Below are positions 34,470 to 43,664 of a DNA stretch of 58,329 nt, in pieces. This DNA comes from an uncultured Bdellovibrionales bacterium. GTDB lineage: Bacteria > Bdellovibrionota_C > UBA2361 > OMII01. The notes under the pieces were generated by a model, which saw nothing but the letters and a program-made list of their open reading frames with translations, did not search any database and had not been told where the DNA came from. A program made the position numbers and the translations under genes. The stretch covers positions 13,157-71,485 of the forward strand of contig CAZZJR010000004.1 in NCBI GenBank assembly GCA_964654585.1, given 5' to 3'. How positions within the stretch are numbered: position 1 is the first letter of the stretch; the number at the start of each line of letters is the position of its first letter.

Positions 34470-34988
34470 TCACCGAGATCGCAGGGCAAGCGCCGTAGCT
34501 GGAGCGGGTCGACTCTTGCGGGCTTGCCAGAAACTTCGTGTGCGGCTCGCTCGAACGGCCATCGCCCAGCCGCCGGATGAGATCCATGCGTGAAGCGCGG
34601 CGATATCTGGATGGCGCCTCTCAAGCTCTTGGAACTCGCGACCGTGCCACATTCGCCTCCCGCCTCTTGAGCACGATACCTGCTCATCTATTACCGCGTG
34701 GCAAAGCTCGTGGTAGAGGACTGGCCCAATCCAGCGAACCGCCGCCGGCTCAAAGAGCTCTCTGGCGACCACGACTTTGCGGCGACGAATGTTGCACGAC
34801 GCAAGAACACGCTTCTGTCGACGCGCGCTCCACACAATGCAGTACAAATCGAGCTCTGGGCGCTCCGGAAAGAATTCCCGCCGCAGGCTGCGCCACACCT
34901 CTCCGAGGAAGGGATCGCTCCCGACGTCCTGTCGTTGCGGCACTGCGCGTGGAGATAGCAAGAGATCAAGCTGTCGCAGGAATCCCAT
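34470..34988 (-). CDS. SprT-like zinc metalloprotease domain protein
   Basis: VLYHELCH (HExxH) and downstream WHGREFQ motif. Confidence 0.75.
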   Translation of the reverse strand: MGFLRQLDLLLSPRAVPQRQDVGSDPFLGEVWRSLRREFFPERPELDLYCIVWSARRQKRVLASCNIRRRKVVVARELFEPAAVRWIGPVLYHELCHAVIDEQVSCSRGGRRMWHGREFQELERRHPDIAALHAWISSGGWAMAVRASRTRSFWQARKSRPAPATALALRSR

Positions 34989-34996
34989 AACCCTCG

Positions 34997-35551
34997 TCAG
35001 TGATAGTCATCGCCTTTGAGGTCGATCAGCACAAGCCCTGCGAGGAAGTCTGCAACCTCGTCTATGCACACTCCAGCATATGCGCCAGCTACAAGGACGT
35101 CGCCGCCCAAGCCGACCTCCCCGGGACACACTGGGCGGTCCGGTGAGTCAGCGTACACCGGTCCGATCCCGAACTCGCTCGACTTTTCGACCATGACCGG
35201 GAGGCGCCTGCCGAGGTCACCAACACGCACTGACGCAGGCATCATCTGCCGGTAGCCCAACTGCCCATACTCGGTGACACGAACCACCGCTCCCACGGAG
35301 GGCCCAAAGCCAACATCGACACGAAAAATATCGATCAGATCGAGTACTCGGTTGGGGATGTAGAGAAGGACGTCCGACCAAAACGGGGAGCTCGGTTTAA
35401 TCTGGTCGAGTGCCAGGTCTACCCAGGGCTCCTTAGGACTAGCGATCACAAGGTCGGTTACCGGGGGCGGAATGGGAAAGGGCTGCGCCGCACAGGGAGA
35501 AGCGAATGAAGCGAGGGCAATCAGGAGAGCCTGCAGGCGGGCGCAACGCAT
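34997..35551 (-). CDS. Exported hypothetical protein
   Basis: Signal peptide; ORF sits in a run of co-oriented genes. Confidence 0.65.
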   Translation of the reverse strand: MRCARLQALLIALASFASPCAAQPFPIPPPVTDLVIASPKEPWVDLALDQIKPSSPFWSDVLLYIPNRVLDLIDIFRVDVGFGPSVGAVVRVTEYGQLGYRQMMPASVRVGDLGRRLPVMVEKSSEFGIGPVYADSPDRPVCPGEVGLGGDVLVAGAYAGVCIDEVADFLAGLVLIDLKGDDYH

Positions 35552-35595
35552 GAGGAGAAGGTACCACCACCGGGGCCCTTTCGGTACACTCTTCT

Positions 35596-36870
35596 TCAGG
35601 CCTTTTCAAGGATCGCGATCAGCTCGCTGTGGTATGTCTGAGGGAACATGTCGAGCACTGAGACGCTCTTGAGGTAGTACCCCCGCTCACACAGCACCTG
35701 TACGTCGCGCGCGAACGTCGGAGGGTAGCAGCTCACGTAGATTACATACGGCGAAACCTCGGAGGAAAGCTGCTGGCAGACTTCCAGCGCGCCGCTCCGA
35801 GGTGGATCCAGCACGACCGTCTCGGCCGGCACGTGGCTGTGGATCCACTTCTCGCAACCCGACACGTGAAAGGAGAGCCGGCTTGAAACAGCCGCCGCTT
35901 CGGCGCGCGTCTGGCCGAACGCAACCAGCGCGGGGTCGAGTTCGACGGCAGTGACGGTATTTCCCCCTTCGGCTAGCGGTATCGAGATATTTCCAGCGCC
36001 GGCAAAGAGGTCGGTTACCGACTCGGTCTGCACGTTACGCACTATGAATTCGAGCATCGCCTCGTTCGCGAGCATGTTGTTCTGCGAGAAATGACCGACC
36101 GGGGGGCCATCACGCACAACACCCGAGGCACGGTACACAGCCTTGTGACGGAAGTTGACCTGTAGTTGAGGAATTCGACGCTCAAGCTCGCGGAAGGCAG
36201 CCTTTTCAAGGAGCGTGTGCGCGCCGTCGAGGTTCCTCGGGTGGATCTCTAAGGCCACGTGGGGAACCCCATCGTGATCCTCCACTGTCACCGTCTCAAC
36301 CTCCGGAACGCAGCCTTTGAGGAGAGGGATGTTCTGCTCCAGGAATACGTTGATGGTGTCGGTTGAGATCGGGCAGTGAGTAAGTTCGACGATGCTGCGA
36401 CCGTGCTTGCGGTAGAGGCCGAACTCCCCCTTCTTGTTGATGTGAAACGACATCCGCCGACGATACGAGAGGCCAGGGAGATCGGGTGCCAACAACGACA
36501 CCCCATCCTGGGCCTCGATTCCGCCGTGGATGCGCAGTAGGTCTTGCACCATCTGGGCCTTGAGCTTGCGCTGCTCCGGAAGATTAATGTGCTGCAGATC
36601 GCAGCCTCCGCAGCTCCCAAAGACCGGGCAGGCCGGGGCGCATCGATTCGGTGACTCTTTTAGAACTGAGAGCAGGTTGCCCTCGACGAACGAACGCTTG
36701 TTGCGAGTAACCACCGCGCTTACGACTTCACCCGGCGCCGTGAAGGGAATAAAGGCTTTCTTGCCGGCGAGGTCTTGCGGTGAAGTAATCGATCCGACGC
36801 AGGACCCGCCAGCGGCGAGACTCGTTAATTCGACAGTGATTTCATCCGAAGAGCTGGCGGGCGTAGACAT
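35596..36870 (-). CDS. rlmD: 23S rRNA (uracil-5)-methyltransferase, RlmD/RumA family with TRAM domain
   Basis: TRAM N-terminus, CPVFGSCGGCDLQH Fe-S motif, DLFAGAG, LDPPRSG, YVSCYP, DMFPQTYHSE. Confidence 0.9.
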   Translation of the reverse strand: MSTPASSSDEITVELTSLAAGGSCVGSITSPQDLAGKKAFIPFTAPGEVVSAVVTRNKRSFVEGNLLSVLKESPNRCAPACPVFGSCGGCDLQHINLPEQRKLKAQMVQDLLRIHGGIEAQDGVSLLAPDLPGLSYRRRMSFHINKKGEFGLYRKHGRSIVELTHCPISTDTINVFLEQNIPLLKGCVPEVETVTVEDHDGVPHVALEIHPRNLDGAHTLLEKAAFRELERRIPQLQVNFRHKAVYRASGVVRDGPPVGHFSQNNMLANEAMLEFIVRNVQTESVTDLFAGAGNISIPLAEGGNTVTAVELDPALVAFGQTRAEAAAVSSRLSFHVSGCEKWIHSHVPAETVVLDPPRSGALEVCQQLSSEVSPYVIYVSCYPPTFARDVQVLCERGYYLKSVSVLDMFPQTYHSELIAILEKA

Positions 36871-36980
36871 CCTGGGCAATCTAGCACGGAGCCGTCCCTA
36901 AGCAAAAAAGTAGGGCTGTGGAGCGAGCTGTATGGGGAGCCTGGCGGCTCACAAACGAGCAGGTATGAAGTTACGACCCG

Positions 36981-37421
36981 CTAGAAGTAGACATCGGTTT
37001 CCCCGGGATTCGCATCGTTTAGGCGAAACGCTCGCACCACCGCGAGGGACGAAAGCAATGAGTGTACCGCGCTGCGGAGTCGCCCCGTGCCGAGCCCATG
37101 AATAATCTTCGTATGCCCTGCGCCGGCTAAGATAACCTGGTTCAGGTGGCGTTCTACGGCCCGTACCGCTTCGTCTGCTGACATGCCGTGCAGGTCTACG
37201 CTTTTAGGGGCTGGCATAGACGAGGCCGCCACTACGCGCGAGGCTTCTCGGGTTGCGCTCTTGGCAGCAGCCTGAGCCTCCTCAATATCTCCGGTTTTGA
37301 CGCGGATCGAAAGGTCTCCCACAGCAACCTGGAGCCGATCAGGAGCGAGAACCTTCGTCACTACGCCGCTCTTCCTGAGGAGAGGCACGTACACAGCATC
37401 GCCCTCGGCGAAGCGTTTCAC
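36981..37421 (-). CDS. Stand-alone KOW/SH3-Smr domain protein (MutS2 C-terminal module), 146 aa
   Basis: GDAVYVPLLRKSGVV KOW-like segment, then VDLHGMSADEA, IIHGLGTGRLR, NPGETDV; GTG directly after the tyrS stop. Confidence 0.82.
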   Translation of the reverse strand: MKRFAEGDAVYVPLLRKSGVVTKVLAPDRLQVAVGDLSIRVKTGDIEEAQAAAKSATREASRVVAASSMPAPKSVDLHGMSADEAVRAVERHLNQVILAGAGHTKIIHGLGTGRLRSAVHSLLSSLAVVRAFRLNDANPGETDVYF

Positions 37422-37422
37422 G

Positions 37423-38688
37423 CTACACTCCCTCGACGCGGACGATGTGGTAGTTCTTCTTGCCACTGCGCAGCACGATGAAGCCCTTCTCGAGGAGCTT
37501 AGTGTCTCGCACCTTAATCGATTCGTCCGAGACTCGCTCATTGTCGAGGTATATTCCGCCACCCTGCACGAGGCGACGCGCCTCTCCCTTCGACTTCGCT
37601 ACCGTCGAGGCGAGCAGCGACAAGAGGTCGAGCTCGTTCGCCTCCTGGCGCGATACCGTCGTGGCAGGTGCATCTGCAAAAAGCTCAAGGAGCTGCTCTT
37701 TCGTTAGGTCCTCGGCGGAGCCGCTGAAGAGCGCCGAGGCAGATCGCCTCGCTTCGGCGGTAGCTTCGGGCCCATGCACGAGGTCGCAGAGCGCATCAGC
37801 CAGAACCTGCTGTGCCGCTCGCTGCTCGGGGTGAGCCTTCACCGACGCTTCCAGCTCTGCGATGCGCTCGCGGCTCTCAAGGGTGAAGACCTTGAGCAGC
37901 CTAACGACATCTGAATCCGGGACGTTGAGCCAGAACTGGTGAAATTTGTAGGGGCTCGTCATTGAAGAGTCGAGCCACACTGCATTGCCCTCGCTTTTGC
38001 CGAACTTCTTCCCGTCGGAATTTGTGATAAGCGGCGTGGAGAATGCGAAAGCCTCCTTCTGTAGCTTGCGGCGAATGAGCTCAAGTCCGGCAGTGAGGTT
38101 GCCCCACTGGTCCGAGCCGCCCACCTGCAATTTACAGCCGTTGTTCTGGAAGAGGTGCATGAAGTCAAAAGCCTGGAGCAGCATGTAGCTAAACTCAGTG
38201 TACGAGATTCCGTCCCCTGAGAGCCGGCTCTTCACGGAGTCCTTCGCGAGCATGTAGTTGACAGTGAAGTGCTTGCCGATGTCGCGAAGGAACGCCAAAA
38301 GAGATACATCTTTAGTCCACGTCATGTTGTTGACGAACGTTGGCGATACTGCGCATCCACTCCGCGCCCAGAGCACGCGCGCCTGCGCCTCTTGCAGCTT
38401 TGTGTTTGAAGCAACCTGCTCGAGCTCTAACAGATTCCGCTCTGCACTCCTCCCGCCGGGATCTCCGATCATTCCCGTCGCCCCTCCGAAGAGAAGGATC
38501 GGCTTAAGCCCGGCGCGGGTGAGGTGAATGCCGACGATAAGCGGAACCAGATTGCCAACCTGGAGCGACGGAGCGGTGGGATCAAAACCCATGTAAAAAG
38601 CGTCTCCAGCCTTCACCTTTGAGAGCGCCTCAGGATCGGAGATGTCCTGGATAAGACCGCGCCACTTTAGCTCTTCTAACAGGTTCAT
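37423..38688 (-). CDS. tyrS: Tyrosine--tRNA ligase
   Basis: GFDPTAPSLQVGN (HIGH variant), QVGGSDQWGN, KFGKS, C-terminal S4 domain. Confidence 0.97.
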   Translation of the reverse strand: MNLLEELKWRGLIQDISDPEALSKVKAGDAFYMGFDPTAPSLQVGNLVPLIVGIHLTRAGLKPILLFGGATGMIGDPGGRSAERNLLELEQVASNTKLQEAQARVLWARSGCAVSPTFVNNMTWTKDVSLLAFLRDIGKHFTVNYMLAKDSVKSRLSGDGISYTEFSYMLLQAFDFMHLFQNNGCKLQVGGSDQWGNLTAGLELIRRKLQKEAFAFSTPLITNSDGKKFGKSEGNAVWLDSSMTSPYKFHQFWLNVPDSDVVRLLKVFTLESRERIAELEASVKAHPEQRAAQQVLADALCDLVHGPEATAEARRSASALFSGSAEDLTKEQLLELFADAPATTVSRQEANELDLLSLLASTVAKSKGEARRLVQGGGIYLDNERVSDESIKVRDTKLLEKGFIVLRSGKKNYHIVRVEGV

Positions 38689-38767
38689 ACGGGCTCACTA
38701 AGAGACATTTTTGCGTCCGAGGGGACATTTGCTACGATGCTTCTCCGTTCTACCACTGCCAACAGCC

Positions 38768-39907
38768 ATGAATCCAGCCCTGCCCACCTCAATCGTTAAC
38801 GCCCTCAACGAGCGAACGCAGGAGGTCGCGTTGCGTACGCTGGCAGTTAACCAGGGTGGGGTAGACCTGTGCTCGAACGACTACCTGGGCCTGGCCCGGA
38901 TCTTGGGTCGGCAGGCAGCCATCGGCAGAAACTCGGGGGGAGCGACAGGATCAAGGCTTGTTAGCGGGAATACCGCGGAGCATGAGAACCTCGAGAGCTT
39001 TTTGGCGGCGTTTCACGGCTCTCAAGGGGCGCTTCTTTTTGGCTCAGGATACGAAGCGAATATCGGATTGCTCAGCGCTCTCGGCGGACGACACGACACA
39101 GTGATTTACGACGAGCTGGTACACGCGTCAATGCGAGACGGCGTCCGTCTGGGGCAGGCGCGCTCATACTCGTTCCGCCACAACGACCCCGAGGACCTAC
39201 GGCAGAAAATGAAAGCAGCGCGGGGCGAGATTTTTGTTGCTGTGGAGTCGCTCTACTCGATGGACGGACACGAGGCGCCACTACGGGAGCTTGCAGGAGT
39301 GTGCCGCGAGAAGGGGGCATTCCTGATCGTCGATGAGGCGCACGCAACCGGCGTGTTCGGTGAGCGAGGAGAGGGGCTCGTGCAGTCCAAAGGTCTTGGC
39401 GACGAGGTTTTCGCCCGTGTTCACACCTTCGGAAAAGCCTTGGGATTTCGTGGAGGCGTCGTTGTTGGCTCCGCTGAGCTGCGTCAGTACCTGATAAATT
39501 TCTCTCGCCCCTTTATCTACTCAACCGCACCAGATTCCCTGACGCTTGCCACGATCCGCTCTGCGTACGAGCTTCAGGCAGGGATGGATGACGAGCGGTT
39601 GGTGCTCTTCTCCCTGATTCGGGCGTTTCGAGCGATGCGGCAGGAGTTCCCTGCGCTCCAGTTTTTGGAGTCGGAGTCTCCGATTCAAGGCATCGTTGTG
39701 CCAGGAAACCACTCGGTAGTTGCGGTTGAGTCAGCCCTCGCGCAGCAGGGCTACTTCGCCCGGGCGATTCGCTCTCCCACTGTCCCCGCGGGCACAGAGA
39801 GGCTACGTGTCTGCTTGCACGCATTCAATTCCGAGGCTCAATTGAGAGAGGCGCTTGAGGTCGTGCAAGGCGCTATCGCACCGACCAGGGTGATCGTGCA
39901 TGGTTAA
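38768..39907 (+). CDS. bioF: 8-amino-7-oxononanoate synthase
   Basis: CSNDYLGL, GATGSRLVSG, DELVHASMRDG, ESLYSMDG, VDEAHATG, HTFGKALG, RPFIYSTA. Confidence 0.92.
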   Translation: MNPALPTSIVNALNERTQEVALRTLAVNQGGVDLCSNDYLGLARILGRQAAIGRNSGGATGSRLVSGNTAEHENLESFLAAFHGSQGALLFGSGYEANIGLLSALGGRHDTVIYDELVHASMRDGVRLGQARSYSFRHNDPEDLRQKMKAARGEIFVAVESLYSMDGHEAPLRELAGVCREKGAFLIVDEAHATGVFGERGEGLVQSKGLGDEVFARVHTFGKALGFRGGVVVGSAELRQYLINFSRPFIYSTAPDSLTLATIRSAYELQAGMDDERLVLFSLIRAFRAMRQEFPALQFLESESPIQGIVVPGNHSVVAVESALAQQGYFARAIRSPTVPAGTERLRVCLHAFNSEAQLREALEVVQGAIAPTRVIVHG

Positions 39908-41075
39908 AAAGCCACTCCTCATCCGGTCACTTGCGACAGTCTCTCCACTAGGCTCCTCTCGCGCCGAGGCTGCCGAATCCTTGCGCCGCGCAGAACCAAA
40001 ACCGGCTAAGCTAGGGGAGAGGGCGGTGTTTAGGCTCTCGCCCACCGGTGAAGCCGCGCTGCAAGCGGAATCGTTACGGAGCGGGGCGCGTCCGCCCGAT
40101 AGAGCCGTGCTGTTGGCACTGGCGGCAGCGCGACAAACGCTCAGTGAGCTGGAGCGGCAAGAGCCGATTGGGTGTGTCACGATCGGTTCGGCGCGCGGAG
40201 CAACAGCAACGCTCGAAAGCACGATCTTGCAGCAGCATGCGGGCAAGGTCGCGCTCTCCCCAGAAACGTCTCCGAAAACCACGGCCGGGGGGATTACCTC
40301 TTGGGTGGCCCAGGAGCTTCTCGCTGGCACGGACGCGGCGATAGGAGTCGCGGCGATCGCAACGTCGATGACGTGCACCTCCGCCCTCCATTCTTTGCTG
40401 GTTGCGAAAGCGTTTATCGATGCCGGGATGGCAGAACGTGCGCTGTTCGGGGGCACGGAGTCATGCTTGACCCCCTACACGGTTGCGCAGCTTGAGGCGT
40501 TGCGAATTTACTCGCAGGGAGACAGCGATTGGCCCTGTAGGCCCTGCTTCGCCTCAGAACAGAGGAGCAACTCAGTCGTGCTGGGGGAAGGGGCTGGCAC
40601 TGCGCTGCTTTGCAGAGACGACTCCATTCGGGAGGGAGACCTCCGGGTTGCCGGGATAGGCTGGGCGCTCGAAGCAGCCCCGTCGGCAACCGGAATCTCA
40701 GAGGATGGCGCTGGATTCGAGCTGGCGATGCAGCGCGCAACAAGCAGCCTGCCGGCTGACGTCAGGGTCGAAGCCGTCATCTTGCACGCTCCCGGGACAA
40801 CGAAGGGCGACGCGGCCGAGTTGCGAGCCGTGCAGAGACTCTTCGGTACGGTTCCGGTGTGCACCACCAAGCATTTGACGGGCCACACCTACGGCGCCTC
40901 TGGGATGGTAAGTCTGGCGATGGCCCAGTGGCTTCTTGAGGGGGGTGGGTGGCAGGGTTTCCCGTACCCCAGCACCGCTCAGAGCTGCCGCTTCGAGCAG
41001 CCCAGAGCAGTGCTGGTGAATAGTGCTGGCTTCGGCGGAAACTCAATCAGTGTGCTGGTCACAAAGCCCTTCTAG
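39900..41075 (+). CDS. Beta-ketoacyl-ACP synthase (FabF/KAS)-like protein
   Basis: Active-site Cys in SMTCTSAL, LGEGAG, HAPGT, TKHLTGHTYGASG, NSAGFGGNSIS; overlaps the bioF stop. Confidence 0.82.
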   Translation: MVKKPLLIRSLATVSPLGSSRAEAAESLRRAEPKPAKLGERAVFRLSPTGEAALQAESLRSGARPPDRAVLLALAAARQTLSELERQEPIGCVTIGSARGATATLESTILQQHAGKVALSPETSPKTTAGGITSWVAQELLAGTDAAIGVAAIATSMTCTSALHSLLVAKAFIDAGMAERALFGGTESCLTPYTVAQLEALRIYSQGDSDWPCRPCFASEQRSNSVVLGEGAGTALLCRDDSIREGDLRVAGIGWALEAAPSATGISEDGAGFELAMQRATSSLPADVRVEAVILHAPGTTKGDAAELRAVQRLFGTVPVCTTKHLTGHTYGASGMVSLAMAQWLLEGGGWQGFPYPSTAQSCRFEQPRAVLVNSAGFGGNSISVLVTKPF

Positions 41076-41160
41076 GGGCTTCCAAGCGGAATATCGGCGC
41101 CCAGTATTCATTTCGCCCACTTACCGCTCTTGCCGGGACGACTCGTAACCCGGTGTATGG

Positions 41161-41189
41161 TTGAATGTTGCTCGGTTTTAGGCTACAAC
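41161..41189 (+). promoter_or_regulatory. Sigma70 promoter TTGAAT-N17-TACAAC for rpmG
   Basis: Canonical spacing about 80 nt upstream of the ATG. Confidence 0.55.
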
Positions 41190-41271
41190 CCACGGTTCTG
41201 ATTCGGCGCACCTGCTCTTCTCCAGTCGGGGGACACTCAGCTAACGGCGCCAGCGTATTGAGGGATACCGT

Positions 41272-41508
41272 ATGGCCAAGGCCGCAAAAGAGACATTCTA
41301 CCTCGTTTCCTCCGAAGGGACTGGATTCTTCTACATAAATCGCAAGAACAAGAAGAAGGGCAAGGGGGAGAACAAGCTCAAGGTTCGCAAGTACGATCCG
41401 ATCGCTCGTAAGCACGTGCTATTCGAAGACAAGAAGCTCTCTAAGCTCAAGAAGAAGTACGTTGCCGGAGGAGCCACCGAGAGCAATTCGGGTAAGCAGT
41501 CTGAGTAG
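41272..41508 (+). CDS. rpmG: 50S ribosomal protein L33 (Cys-free form) with C-terminal extension
   Basis: LVSSEGTGFFY...KLKVRKYDPIARKHVLFED. Confidence 0.92.
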   Translation: MAKAAKETFYLVSSEGTGFFYINRKNKKKGKGENKLKVRKYDPIARKHVLFEDKKLSKLKKKYVAGGATESNSGKQSE

Positions 41509-41524
41509 CAGCTCAGGTGCTCCG

Positions 41525-43417
41525 GTGGTAGCTATTACACAGAGCGAGGAGCCGTCTCAGCAATCCGAAGATTCCACGGTCAGCGAAGCCTCGACTGAAA
41601 CAGGCGTCGCCCCACCCCGTCAAAGCGCCGGTCGAACCCTTATCAGTCGGCAGCCGGAGCGCAGTATCCCATCGTCGACAGTACGCACACTCCTGGGGCT
41701 TTCATTGCTCGCCCTCGCGGTCGTCGCCTACACACTAACGGAGAGCGGTCTAGAGCCGGAGCGACAGCAGATGTTATCGCTGTCCCTGTCCGGTGTCGCG
41801 CTTGTGGTTGCTCTCTTTGAAGCTACCTCTATTCTCTCGACGAGGGACAGGCTGGAGAGCCCGCTGGAACTTTTCGCGCCGGCTGGAGTGTTTCTGCTAG
41901 CGCTTGGGGGTTTGGGAGATGGTTATGTTCCCTCTTTTAGCTCATCGATTTTGATCTCCACTGGGCCCGTACTTGCGGCCGGGGTTCTGTTGCTTGCTCG
42001 CGCTGCGGTTCCGAGTGCGGTTCTCACGGCAAGCACTGATCATCTCTTACTTCCACCGGGCGTAGAGGTCGGAGAGGCCGCCAAGGGGGAGGCGCTCTCG
42101 CTTTCCAGTGGTGTGATCGTAGCGGCTGATTCTCGGATAGAGCGAGGTTGCTGCAGTGTTCTTGAGCGACAGCTCTCTCCGGAGACACGTTTTCGCATCA
42201 AGGAGGAGGGCGATGTCCTCTTCGCAGGCTCCGAGGTAATCGGTGGGTCTGCCGAGGCAGTGGCGCTTTCAAGCTCGGAGAATTCGTGCTTGCGGAGCCT
42301 TGAGAAGCTTGTGTTCTCAAATGTCGAAAAAGCGGGCGCATCGCTCCATCAGGAGGACCTACGTTCTCGCAAAGCGACCGCGTACGTCTTGGTGTTCGTA
42401 TCTGTGGCCTGCGCAATCCTGTGGGATGAGCGAGTAGGTCGCCCATGGGATACGCTGGCAGCGTCAGGACTGGTGCTATTTGCGGGGATTGTCTGCCAGC
42501 TTGCAGATATTTTGTACTCGCGCCAGCGCTCTATGGTTCGGCGCTGGGCTAGGCAGGGATTCATTGCTGCCTCTGAGAGCGCTGTTCGGGAGTTGGCATC
42601 TGCGACAAAAGCCCTGTTTGACCCCAGCCGAGTTGACCTCGGCTCCTTAGTTCGGGTTCGAGAGCTGGAGATCCTCGACGATCGAGTCGGAAGGCAGGAA
42701 TTGACAGCTTGCCTCGCGACTCTCTTGGGACGGGCAGAGGAAGTTGCGTTGGTTGCGGCCGGTGATTTCTGCCAGAAAGAGTGCTCAACCGTGGTGCCTG
42801 AGCGGGTCCTCGAACTCCACGAGATCGCCGGCATGGGAATTAGTGGAAGAGTTAAGGGCGTATCAGTTCTAATAGGAACCGAGGAGCTGCTGCTCGATAG
42901 GGGAGTGCTCATTCATCCATCTGAAAGCAACGTCGAGAGCGCTGACAACGAGCGTCCGCTGCTAGTGGCGGTTGGTGGAGAGCTTGTCGCCCGGTTCTGG
43001 GTAGTGTTTGGACAGCGGGCGCTGGTCGAGGAGGGGGCTGACCACGCGGTGTGGCACGGCTTGGTTTCTGCGGGGATCTCGGTTGGTGTTCCGGGGGAGA
43101 TTAGTCCGACGACGATCCTCGTTCGGGGTCAGGAATCAGATGTGCTGGGCCGTTCTGCAGAGATACAGGTGTCGCATTTTGCAGGGGAGCGGTTCGAACT
43201 CCCGCGCTCGACAGTTATCGCGTTGACACGCAACCTGAGCGACCTTCCGTCGCTCATTGCCGAATCCCACCGGTACCTGCGGCTAGTGGAAAGGGCTCGG
43301 ATACTGGTAGCGTTCGGAGCCTTCCTGTCGGTCGCGACAGTCTTTTTCGGCTTCTTCTCCCCGCTTGTGGCGAGTGTCTCTCTTGGGCTCGTGGCTGCTG
43401 TCTTCGCCCTTCTGTAG
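41525..43417 (+). CDS. Degenerate P1B-type (heavy-metal) ATPase-like membrane protein
   Basis: Colinear P1B scaffold (VAADSRIERG..V.E, GDVLFAGS, GFIAASESAVRELA, EIAGMGISG.V.G..VLIG) with catalytic motifs altered. Start uncertain (41462-41525). Confidence 0.7.
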   Translation: MVAITQSEEPSQQSEDSTVSEASTETGVAPPRQSAGRTLISRQPERSIPSSTVRTLLGLSLLALAVVAYTLTESGLEPERQQMLSLSLSGVALVVALFEATSILSTRDRLESPLELFAPAGVFLLALGGLGDGYVPSFSSSILISTGPVLAAGVLLLARAAVPSAVLTASTDHLLLPPGVEVGEAAKGEALSLSSGVIVAADSRIERGCCSVLERQLSPETRFRIKEEGDVLFAGSEVIGGSAEAVALSSSENSCLRSLEKLVFSNVEKAGASLHQEDLRSRKATAYVLVFVSVACAILWDERVGRPWDTLAASGLVLFAGIVCQLADILYSRQRSMVRRWARQGFIAASESAVRELASATKALFDPSRVDLGSLVRVRELEILDDRVGRQELTACLATLLGRAEEVALVAAGDFCQKECSTVVPERVLELHEIAGMGISGRVKGVSVLIGTEELLLDRGVLIHPSESNVESADNERPLLVAVGGELVARFWVVFGQRALVEEGADHAVWHGLVSAGISVGVPGEISPTTILVRGQESDVLGRSAEIQVSHFAGERFELPRSTVIALTRNLSDLPSLIAESHRYLRLVERARILVAFGAFLSVATVFFGFFSPLVASVSLGLVAAVFALL

Positions 43418-43664
43418 CAGTTCCCAGTGTCCCCGAAACGGTCTGCTTACTAATGGTCCTCTAGAACGGGTGCGTCCCGTGACTGCCGGAGTCACTCCTC
43501 GGGGGCAGGTGCTCCCTTTAGTCGTTTTTGGCAAGAAAGAAACCGGCCCCGCGTAGGCTTGAGCACCGAACACAACGGACCGGCATCCGAATTAAGAAGG
43601 TCAACTTCCAGCGGCCGGGCCTTGGGGCCCTAACCCCCCGGAAGTTCATTAGTAGGAGGCGAAG

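Noticed and set aside
41091-41098. GCCGATAT sigma28 -10-like box on the minus strand (a similar GCCGAAAG lies at 13861-13868)
   Set aside because: No matching -35 element at 11-13 nt spacing; the 41091 copy also points antisense into the KAS gene.
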